Source: Hyphochytrium catenoides
Lineage: Eukaryota; Protista; Hyphochytriomycota
NCBI GenBank assembly: GCA_900088475.1
Contig: FLMG01001529.1
Location: 1 to 40,541 of the forward strand
Direction of reading: 5' to 3'
Length of the DNA: 40,541 bases
This document shows positions 26,301-36,810 of the stretch, one piece after another. A program made the translations under genes and the position numbers. How positions within the stretch are numbered: position 1 is the first letter of the stretch; each line of letters opens with the position of its first letter. The notes under the pieces were generated by a model that saw nothing but the letters and a program-made list of their open reading frames with translations, was not told the origin of the DNA and made no database searches.

Positions 26301-28352
26301 TGTTAGGATTATAGCTTCTTCGCGTCGGGAAGTAACGACGGGACTGTGAAGATATGGTCTCTCCGGGGCTTTTCTAAGGTTGGGCTACATAAATCGCGTC
26401 TCACGCGGGGAGAGCAGGTACCTTTGGTTTTCCGGTGTCAACTAGTCCTGGCATTCCGCCTGACGCTATCTCTTTCTATTTTTCAACGTCAGGGCGGCCG
26501 GATACTGGATCTCAGCATCATAGACAATAGCCATAGCATAGCGTCAGCGTCGGATAATGGAACTCTCCAGGTCCTTCGAATCGACTATGCTGTTGACAAG
26601 GCTCGCAGTCAGACGAGCAATGTGTATAGTGGAGTGCTACTAAAGGACCTACGGGCTGGGGAAGGCGCCGTGCTCTTAGTCCGGCACTATAACACTTTAT
26701 CAGAATCTATTTTGATTTACGTGACACAATGTGGCAGAATACACGGGTAATCATAGTCTGGAGGTTATCATGGAAGGTGGCGTTGTCCTCACCTCAACCT
26801 TTTATGCCACAGCTGGGACCTCCGAGCTGAAAAAGAAGCTTGGGTCCTCCAACAGAGCCCTGAGCTTGGAGCAGTGACTGCGTTATCTTTTGGCGCGGGT
26901 GAGTTGTGATAATAACCGGTATCTTTACAGTCACCGAACGACTTATCCACTCACTTTTAAAACCTTGCACTTCTAGACCATTGCTGGCTAGCCATTGGCA
27001 CTTCGAGAGGCTACATTGCCATCTGGGATCTGCGCTTCCAACTATTGGTGAAAATATGGCGGCACTCCTCTCACTCTATTATACACGCAATGGAGCTCTG
27101 CACCGACGCCCAGTCCGCCTCCGCTAGTCTGCCAGATAGCGCTGGCTATCCAAAAGTATACATCGCTGCTGGATCCAATGAGGTAGGTTGGTTGGAGGCT
27201 TCACTGTCTTTAAGAGCCTGTGGACTGATAGCATGATTTTTCCGGTGCCCAGGCTGCTGTTTTCGACGTCACGAAAGGGACATGTAGAGCTGTCTTTCGC
27301 ACTTTGCGCCCACATATCACACAGGCAGAAGCTTTGGCAGTGCCCTTACTGGAACCGATATCCTTGAACTCAGGTGAGCGTAAGGTGCAGTCGTCTGTGA
27401 CGGATGCTGCTGACCGTTATGCTTCGGCAACTGGTTAACCCTCTTACCTGTTCTAGTGTCAGCTGGGCTGCTGAAAGCGGTTCATAGTACTGAACATTAT
27501 AATCAGGCACTAACAGAGGTAACTTTTTTAAAGAATTGGGTGCCCGCTGCTGAATAAATTTAACCAGATCGCTTTTCAACACTTGGACCCCCATGAGCAG
27601 CTGACAAACGTAAACACTAGTGATCCCTCTGTGCGATGCCTTCTAGCCCCTACGCTACACCTGAGAGGTGCCAACGTGTCTCTAATTACGGCCGGGTCAG
27701 ACCATCACATCAGATATTGGGACCAGCGCAACGCACATCGCTCCTTCACAATCTCCGGGATCGCGCCTGGGCATGCCAGGTAGGTAGAAATGACTCAAAC
27801 TAATGATTTGGGTAGTAGCAGTAGTGGAGAAGCGGGGAGTAGGAGATGAACATAATGTGTTTAGAGAGAACCTAAATGGCTAAGGCCCATACGTCGTTGG
27901 CTGTACTTATTCTTATCGTGTCTGCAGGCCCTACTTCGATTGCCAAAATGCACCATCTGACTGGTGGAAGCATGTTGCAGACTGGAGTCAGCCAGAGTGG
28001 AAGGCACAGCTCCCGATCCTCAGGGCCACCCCAGCCCCCACAATCTACATGTGTCAGGTAACCAAATGGACACTCCAAAGAAGGCAGAATCTCGACCTCA
28101 TGTTCTAGATGGTTGCACTACATGACAGCCTCGTCTCACTGTTGCTTCATGTCCAAGCAGGATACCTCTTTATCATCCCTCACGAGTTTCCATCAGCCTG
28201 ATACGACGTCCTCTCCCGCCCTTGAAAGACGGGGTCCCGTGCCACCTTCGCCGGACCACTATGATTGCGTTTTAGACCTTAAGCTGGTGGACTCGAATAG
28301 CCCAATGATCTTATCGGCTGGCCGAGATGGAGTAGTTAAAGTTTGGCGGTGA
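20315..28352 (+). CDS. VPS15: VPS15 / PI3K regulatory subunit 4 (pseudokinase, HEAT repeats, WD40), roughly 30 introns
   Basis: N-terminal MGN myristoylation motif. Kinase motifs [71 protein letters not shown] and [14 protein letters not shown] region [12 protein letters not shown] and [28 protein letters not shown]40 region EHTAAVNRL...[13 protein letters not shown], ending [14 protein letters not shown]. Confidence 0.96.
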
Positions 28353-28510
28353 CCATTGTCCATTGCTTTCCACCAAACAGATTTATGTGCACTCTCCACA
28401 GTTCGGGTCTTTTTAGATAGCTAAATTTGCGGCCACAATGCTTTCCACTCGTACAATAATAAAGCGCTACCTAGCGCAGCCACCTTGATAACAAACCTCT
28501 GGCGTTTGAT

Positions 28511-30967
28511 CTAGTTGGCCCGCTTCTGCTTCTTCAATAGCTCTTCATAACGCTCCAGTGCCTCTGCACCGCGGTAGTCAACGTTCAGTACTAGAAGCTT
28601 CTACCATGCCCCCATAATGTGTCCATTGCTTGCTTTATCCTATTTAGCCCCTACATACTTTGTGCGCTTTAATCTACTGGCTCTCTCTCTCTCTCATCCA
28701 TTTCAACTCCACTATCCTGAGCTGGATTACCTGCCTCAACCTTGCTTTTTATTGTCTCTTCACTTTTAGACTTCTGCAAGGCTCGCAGCTCTTCTCGCAT
28801 CTGCTCTCGAAGGGCCCGTGTTTCTTTCTCAGTGATGACCGCGTTCTGGATGCTTAGAAGCCGCGCCAGCTCTAAAGTCTTTCCTTTTTCGAGAAGCGAG
28901 AGCGGAGTATTTCCGTCACAATCCACACGGTCTGCTACAGCCCCGCGCTGTAGAAGTGTCATGAAGAGTCATTCCTAGTGGGTTCCATGACTTATATCAC
29001 TCTCCAATGCACTTACCTTAAGCAAGTTCTTGGCTATCTCTAAGCTTTGGAGCCGAACCGCTAGGTGCAAAGGACTTGTTCCTCTGTTATTCTATGGTCC
29101 ACAGTTTCACGTTAGATCAGCTCTATCGGGGGAGATTTTGGCCCTTAGCATCCTATGTTTATCCCTATCAATGAACTACTTGCCCCGTACCTACCACTTG
29201 CGAAGCATCAGCACCCATTTGTAGCAGGGCTCGTGCAATTTGTTCCATGTTCTCTTCGAGGCCGGTGCATGACTCCTTCGTTCTGTTCAGAAGATAGTGT
29301 AGGGCAGTGTTACCCTGAATATCGCTGGCTCCGGGAGAAGCGCCAGCAGTGAGAAGCAACTGTCAAAGAGTTAGGTGATGGTTAACACGTTTACGGCACG
29401 GGGGGTTTCCGGCTGGCCAAAAGTCGTACCTCAACAAGGGGAAAGTTCATGTGTTGACAGGCAACCATCAGAGGCGTAAACCCCATAGAGGCATTCCCTG
29501 CAATCTGCTTTCCAAGCAGCTTCGAGATAGTAACTCGTCGCTCGACGGGTAGGTTGACAAGCGTCTCTTCTAAAGGTGCAAGAGCAGAGATGGTCCTACA
29601 TTCGCAGGAGTAAGAGAACGTAGCGTTGCGATCTTCAGACGGAGACTTTCTCAAGCAAAAAGTTGTGATCGAATTAGACCTGATGAAGTGCGGGACTAGT
29701 AGCTTCTTCAACAGAACACATAGCGGCAAAATCGGAACACAAAGAAGAATAGGCGTAGGCGTGGACTCAGAGATATGAGAACAGTGCAAAAGACAAGAGG
29801 GAAGGGAAGAAGAAGCGCGCCCATTTGGCAATCGAACGGCCCACGAGATTATGATGAAGCGAGAACTGATTAGGTGAACAGCGAGGGAGAAAGCTATACC
29901 GAGAGCACATAGAGATGACGAAGAGAAAACGCGTCCTGAATATTAGTCTATGGCCCTGACAGTCTGCAGTTATATCTCTTCATACCGGAAGTCATTGTCC
30001 AGTATCGCACCTTGAAATGCCTCCAAGCGGCCCAAGGGAAACCGTCCCTCCATGCTGCAATGGCCGATTCGACTTAGGAGAGACCCTAAAGAAGGCGGCT
30101 AGATTCTCAACAGTCCTTACCTCGTTTTCCTCTTAGTCCCCTTGTGCTGCGACAGAGAGATCTCTCTTAGAGAAGACTCCTGCTTTGCAAGGATAGCGTC
30201 ACACTTCCTGCTAAAGTCATCCGCCTGCCGGTTCAGCCGCTGAAAAGAAGGGAACTGCTCGAGTCTCGCAAGAAAATGTTCGGCCTTCTTTTCTCTCTCC
30301 TCTTCCTCCAAGTCCGTTGAGCGTAGCTCGGACTGTGCCGATGAGGCCTCATGTCTTCTACTGAGCTCTAGAGCGCTTAGCAACTGGAGCCGCCTTCGAA
30401 GATCTATCTCCACCTGGTACATAACCGCAAGCAGTTAGCATTTGTCTAAGGTGAGCCCGTACATTATAGCTGACCTGACCTGAGTCCCGGGTATAGGAAA
30501 TCGATGTGCTATCCTGTTCAGTGTAAACGCATCCTCTTTACCAGGCTCATTAGGGTCAAAGATTGGGGCTGTGAGGTTCCGTAGGTCGCCCGAGGGCAGT
30601 GAGGATAGGTTGGTACCCGTAAGGACCAAGGCCAAAGCCTTGTCCTTAGAGCTGAGACTCTGTGCTTCAGCTACAGGTTGGATGGACTTCTTGATGGTGG
30701 AAGCTTTTCGCATGGGTGCTTAGGATGGGGCCTCTCAGCTGATGTATTTGGCTCAGCAAATGATTGTAAGATGGCAGAAAGTGAAAGCTCCTCTTTGAAG
30801 GAAAGGAGAGACATGAGTTGTCGGCAGGATTGGTGGCAGAGACATAACCATCACATCTTCTTCTAAGCAATACCTAGCATTCCGGTGCCTGCGCTGCTCT
30901 CATTCTTCTTGCCAATTAGTCTCGAGGGTTTAGGCATCTTTGAAGCTAGCTGAGAGGACATTCTCAT
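28511..30967 (-). CDS. Ankyrin-repeat protein with flanking coiled-coil regions, multi-exon
   Basis: Four ankyrin-like repeats: GFTPLMVACQHMNFPLVE|LLLTAGA, GNTALHYLL...ARALLQMGAD, GTSPLHLAVRLQSLEIAKNLLK|RGA and DCDGNTPLSLL. The last exon is joined via GCAG|gtaatc...ggtgcag|, giving VEAEALERYEELLKKQKRAN*. The start codon at 30967 is tentative. Confidence 0.8.
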
Positions 30968-31595
30968 GCCATGAGACTTGAGATCAGAGGGAACGCTGGG
31001 ACCGGCTCCTGAGTAAGGGTAGTGAGGGCACTTTATCACCGCATCCGATAGGAGGACGGACACAGCAGCAGGGACCGAGGAAGGAAGAAGCGAAAGCGAA
31101 GATGGAAGGGGAAAGCTAAGGGATGAAGGCGTGCTTGAGGAGATCAGAGAGAAGAGCCAGCCGATGTGGAGGCGTAAGACGAGTGACTAAAGAAAGGGTG
31201 GAAAAGCGTTACATTTCGATCAACAAGAGAGACGGACAACTATGAAGCGCGTTAGCGGCTCCTGAGAGCCGGTAGCGCCTTCCGTCGTCCGATTCTCAGC
31301 AGGTCAAGAAAGATAACACTGGTCTTGGTGTCCATCCCTTCAAGCATGGTTCAACTTCCAGATGAGCATCGCAAAGGAACACCTCCTAGGTCACTACGAC
31401 GGCCGTTACCTTATCGGCACGTGCTTGTGACGTTCAGCTCAGTCGCAAGCTGGCAGCACTCAGTGTAGGGCGGCTGATTCGCCAGTGTGCCAGACAACCC
31501 AGACAACGAAAAGGCACCTTATCCCATACCTGACTGTCTAGGATTTAGAACTCTTCGTTAGGCACTGGAGAGGGCATATTTTTCCTGTCAGAAAG

Positions 31596-33234
31596 ATGTA
31601 TCAGAGACACACCACGGGGTATCATCCTCACAATCCCCGGTCAGCCACGTCGGTCAAGGATGGGGGCGAAGGCGAAATACAGAAGTGCATAGAGACTCTC
31701 AAGCTGACGTCTTGGTTCATGTTCTGTTCTGAGGCCAGCCTGCGGGCTGTTGCACTTAATATGCATAAAGAGTCGTACAAGGCGGGAGACACCGTCATCT
31801 ACCAAGGTGATCCCCACACCAGGATGTTCGTTGTTGCCAACGGCCACATCAACCGTCTCCGCACCATTGATGGCCAAAAGCACTTGATGGAGATTGATGA
31901 GCGCGGAAGCACCGTGGGTGCCTACTATATCATGAACCAAGATCCGTGCTATTCGGATGCTCTTTGCCGGTAGGTTGCTGCTCTTGCGACTCTATATGTG
32001 CGGTACATATTGTTTCATTTGAGTCGAGTCTTCTTCTCCACCGTAACCCTGTCCTGCTATCAAGCTCCTCCCCGGCTAACTAGGTCCTTCCGCAGAACCG
32101 ATGTCGTCTGCTACTCTATAGGGATTGATAAGCTGGAGCCACTTTTCAACGATCCGCTGTTTGCAAAGGAAGTCGCCTATAATCTCAATCTGGAAATTAG
32201 ACGTCAGCTGAGAGTGGCAGCAGAATTGGGCCACACACCGCTCCTCGAGCAGTATGCAAAGCCCACTCCCTACGCCGCCATCTCAGTAGCTGCAGCACTA
32301 GAAAGCTTTTATCGCAGTGCCATGAACGCCTCTATCAACGCAGCTTTGTCTGGCCAGACTAGGATCCCCAAGGGTGCATTGTTTCCTAACATGCACTTGC
32401 AGGTGCGAGATATTGACATACCAAAGGGGAGCACGCGACTAACAACGCTTCTAGGTTCCTACCCGTATTATGTACATTAATGGCTTCAAGGGAATCCGGC
32501 ACCTCATTGACTCCTCGGACTTTATGCAAAAGGCAGAGCAGACCCAATTCCCTACACTTGTTCGACTTATGGGCGCTGTGGCACCTGGACTCTGCATGAC
32601 ACCCATCAGCAGTTTGCTTGAGGCCTACAATGCAGGACACATGAATCCTGAGCCTCTGCAGAAGAGGTGGATGCGAGGCGTCGTACCTAGAAGTATTAGG
32701 GAGATTATCTTTGGCGTGGGTCTGAATCAACTGAGCGACTATTGGGAGGAACGAACCTCCTTTCTCTCTAACCCAATGGCAAGAAACGCTGCTGCGAGCG
32801 TCATTGCCGGTGTCATAGCAGGCTATCTCAGTCATGTCCCTCATAACTTATCCACGTTGAAGCTGCTCCAACCACACAAATCGTATGCGGAACTTTTCAG
32901 GGAGTATGCGCAGAGAACAGAGAAGAGCTTCCCTGCAGGAATGCACCCAAGTGTCAGGAGGAGCTTAGCGGTGGCTGTTGCTTGCGTCTTTCCTCGTGGC
33001 CTTCTTATTCGTACTGTCCAGATTGTGGGCTCCTTTACTATCCTCAACGGAACCATCAACGCACTCCAAAAGGTCCCTCTCTTTGCGCCCAAGGCACCTA
33101 GTACGAAGGTAGCGATGGTTGATGATCACAGCGGTATTGAAACTGCGGAGCTATTTATTGACCCCAGAGTGGAGCTCATGAGAAGGGTCAAGCTTCGAAG
33201 ACAGGTGGCAGCCACAGCGGATAACAAACCCTAA
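31596..33234 (+). CDS. Cyclic-nucleotide-binding (CRP/cNMP) domain fused to a divergent mitochondrial-carrier (SLC25)-like domain, 486 aa, 3 exons
   Basis: Exons 31596-31969, 32096-32402 and 32455-33234 total 1461 nt in frame. CNBD signature: LKLTSWFMFCSEASLRAVALNMHKESYKAGDTVIYQGDPHTRMFVVANGHI. Carrier-like elements: AVAPGLCMTPISSLLE, WMRGVVPRSIRE, AASVIAGVIAGYLSHVPHNLSTLK, FPRGLLIRTVQ. The gene model is more secure than the carrier assignment. Confidence 0.82.
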
Positions 33235-33467
33235 ACTGTGGAGCCACCATCCACAATATCTAACGATAGGAGATAGTCTAAGGGAGTTTTGACGAGGCAA
33301 TAAACAGCTTTCAGTAGTAAACAGCTCTTGGTATGGGTAAAAGGGTTCTTGACGCCGTCGAGCTGGTCAAATATCCGCCATATTTAAGCTTGCAAGCTGC
33401 CAAACGTCGGTGGGTTGTTCCCTAGCCATGATAGCCAGATCCACATTCTCTCTGAGTGCCAACCTGC

Positions 33468-34695
33468 TTAATCAACTGCTTTAAGAATCTTGAAGGAGCA
33501 CTTGACCTCTTTCGTTACCGTCATCATCCCTCCTACATAACCAAGGGTTAGATACCAATGGGCTAAACTTCTTGCAACCCAAGGACTGACCCGCATTATT
33601 GAACTCTCCGCAGTAATTTGGTGCAGAGAATATTGTGACTAGCTTTCTATCTGCGAAGAACTCATATCCGTCCTCGACCACCTTGAGAGGACATTGCGGT
33701 TAGCACAATTCTTGAGACATGATACAGCTAGCCATTACCTGATGCGCTCTCGCCACCAAATCCAGGTTGTGATCAATCAGAAATTTCTCCACGACATCTG
33801 GTCCGAACACATGAGAGACTCCTCTATCGCTCTCGGCCCAGCCTTCTCTGTCGGGGTCAGGATCTGCCCATAGCAGGTCACATAGCAGCCCCTCGTCTGG
33901 TACGTCCGTCGGTCTGCGATGGAGAAGGTCAGGACTTAACCACCGCCGTCTAGAATCCACTTAGTGGTTGATTACATATGGCCAGCATACCTCTTAATCT
34001 TTTGTATCTGATCCATCTTGGTTAATAGTGGAGAGATACCTCCATGTACGCAGAAGATTTTGGACTCAACAATGGCTGCAATAGGCATGCAATTGAAGCA
34101 GTCTCCAAAAGTGCGCCATAACCGCACAGAGTACCTCCGTTTGCACTCATCGTAAAAGCCTTCAGAGAACAGCAGAGCAAATTTTTTTTTGGCATAATGA
34201 GCAAGATAGGTGCTCACCACGAGCAAAAGGTAGAACTTACCATAGATGCGGTTGATAGACTGGCACTCATGGTTCCCTCTCAGAAGGAAAAAGCATTCTG
34301 GGTACTTTATTTTGTAAGCCAACATTAGACAAATAGTCTCGATCCCCTGCTTGGCCCTATCCACATAGTCACCAAGGAATAGATAGTTTGATTTCGGGGG
34401 AAATCCTCCCATTTCAAAGAGCCTGATCACATCTGCGTATTGTCCATGAATATCTCCACATATGTTGACTGGGCCATCTAACTCTAACAGCACTGGTTGT
34501 GACAGGAATATCTGGAGACTTCTCGTTAAGCTCCAGCCCTAAGGTGCATAACGTCATAGAATATGCGTTGCTCACCTCTCGTGCCCTTTGACATAGCTCG
34601 ATTATTTGACCTTGATCAAGCTGGACTTCGGTCTGAGGTGGCATGTTCTGGACCGATAGTAGTTGGTCTATCATGGCATCTACGTCGAAGCCCAT
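33468..34695 (-). CDS. PP1: Serine/threonine protein phosphatase PP1 catalytic subunit (divergent paralogue), 6 exons
   Basis: PPP motifs [47 protein letters not shown]|[10 protein letters not shown] and [14 protein letters not shown]. Ends [11 protein letters not shown]. Confidence 0.95.
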
Positions 34696-35313
34696 CTTCC
34701 CTGCGGCACTAATCGGGTCCGGGCGGTCTAGAAGGCTTAGTTTAGCGTGGTACCTCTTCGTACCAAAGGTAAATTGTATAAGTGATCTACTTCAAAGCTT
34801 GAAGGCCAACAAAGAATGAAGGCCAGCAAGTGCATCTACTAGATAATTATGTCTATGCAGACCCGTCAGTGATAGCAGCCCTTTTGCCTCGAGTGTTCTC
34901 TGGTGGCGATGGTGGATGTGTGACGGCGTAGGGCCCAGACGGACTCAATAGAGCAGCAGACCAGCTATTGGCAAGGCAGCACCAACTTACATCTCCTGTT
35001 GTAACGCCTCACACCTTTTGATTGTTTCAGCCACACGAAATCTTCGTGCTCTTGTACCTGAAACCTTTGGAAATATATGACCCGATTTACCCATCCCTCC
35101 GTCCGTTCTCAAGGCACCAACCTCTCATCCCTTGTAGTTGCAGGCGTTGCTCGACAAATGGGCAGTCTTCACATCAGCACGATGGGAAGCCTTGAAGGAA
35201 GGCCTCTGGGTCAGCATGTGCAGTCAGCAAAAATCTGCACGCCCGGAAAAACTAGGTGATTAGTTGGTGAAGCTTTAGCGCAGACGTATTGCAGATTGCT
35301 GGTGAATAAAGAG

Positions 35314-35915
35314 ATGGAGTACCAAAAGGACCTTGGTTTCGGCATATGTGGCCATAAGAACTCGTACAGCACTGCCGTCAAGGTTGGGAACTGGGTAGAG
35401 GATTCAATCGGTGCAGAATTAGCTGCTGGAGGTCATGGTGGGGAGTCGCGCGAGGTCTCGCTGACGGAGACTCAAGCCCGCTATGTGGACCCGTCCACCT
35501 TTGACGGAACTGATAAACTAGGGCCAGAGGTACAACCTAGTGACCTCTTAGCTGTCCGTAGTGGTGTTTCCTACGAAGTCATGTTCCCTCATGGTAAAGA
35601 CCTAGTGGCTATAGACGCCGGGAAGGAAGACCGAAGGTCCTCTGTTTCCAAGTTAGCGCACAGCAACCAGCCAACAAAGGTTCACGACATCCTAAGTGGA
35701 AAGGCTAACCCTAACGCTACGGCCAACACATTGGCCCGCGAGAAGCTGAAGGAACAAGCCCGGGCAAAGAGGCTGGTAAGAGTGCTTAACAAAACGAACC
35801 AGGATCGCGAGGTGTGACAACTTCTTTTTATGTCCTACATTCCTTATAGGACCAATCATACCTAACAACCAAGGAAGTCACGCTCAATCCTGCTGGGTCC
35901 AAGCTACACTTATAG
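35314..35915 (+). CDS. Cilia/flagella microtubule-inner-protein-like (GNW motif, CFAP107/CFAP68/CFAP95-like), 2 exons
   Basis: N-terminal YSTAVKVGNWVED followed by LTETQARY. A phase-0 intron (gtaaga...ttatag) leads to the last exon DQSYLTTKEVTLNPAGSKLHL*. Confidence 0.65.
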
Positions 35916-36075
35916 CTTGACTGCCTTGAGCCAATTGGCCTAAGCTTGACCAGTTTGCCCAGTGCGGGTTGGACTCTCTAACTTAAGTTATTTGCCCTTT
36001 GTTATGTCGTTCTGATGGTTTTCATCTATCCACCGTTAGCGGGTGTTCTCATCGGCATCCTGCGCCCGTTTTGAA

Positions 36076-36810
36076 TTAACAGGACATCCATCTATTCTCC
36101 AAAGCGTTGTACTTCTCCTGCCATTGGCGTAAATCGTCAAGAAGCGATTGAAGCTCACTGACATACCACAGGTCATAAGAAAGAGTGTCAGGTCAATAGA
36201 ATTATGCGGAAGCTCACTTAGCATACTCTTGCTTCGACTTTTGATTCGCTTCTCGCTCTTGGCGAAATTGGTCAGAGAGGTCTTCCAAAGCAGCCTTTGA
36301 CACCGAGAGCTCTTTAGCTAAACTGGCAAGCCTTGTGTTGGCCTCGGTCAGTTTCTGTTTGTGATCAAATGGTATTAGAGAGTACTAAAACGGCGGTTGA
36401 GAGGTCTATACCAACATGCAGAGCTCCAGCATGATCGTCTTGCAGAGCATGCATCCTTTCAAGTAAAGTTTTCTCGGATTCCTGAGCTGTGGCGAACTTT
36501 CAAGTTAATAACCCACTCTACTATCCTGCTTAGTACGTAGCAGTAGTCTTCAACGTGCCTTGTTGAAGCTCTTGGCTGAGCTCGTTGACAGCGGATTTTA
36601 GTCTGACTAATTCGAGCTTTAAGGCGTTCTCTGAGGCTTCTTGCTTAGTAATATGTTCTAGCAGCTGCGAGAAGGATTCTTGGGGAGATAATGGCCCAGT
36701 TCCTTGTGATTTATCCGGAAAACGCTGGACAATGGACTGCATTTTAACCGACTGTTCCTGAGTAGTCGGGGCTCTCGATGTCGCCGACTTGAGTTCAAGC
36801 TTCTCTTGGA
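36076..36810 (-). CDS. 3' exons of a coiled-coil protein, possibly the C-terminus of the Tudor-repeat gene upstream
   Basis: Four exons splice into one frame: ...ENALKLELVRLKSAVNELSQELQQ|AQESEKTLLERMHALQDDHAGALH|KLTEANTRLASLAKELSVSKAALEDLSDQFRQEREANQKSKQEYA|NELQSLLDDLRQWQEKYNALENRWMSC*. The 5' extent is unresolved. Confidence 0.6.

Noticed and set aside
28669-28700. Apparent frameshift or early stop at the (AG)n microsatellite in the ankyrin gene (MDEREREPVD*)
   Set aside because: The microsatellite falls inside an intron (GCAG|gtaatc ... ggtgcag|), and splicing restores the frame.
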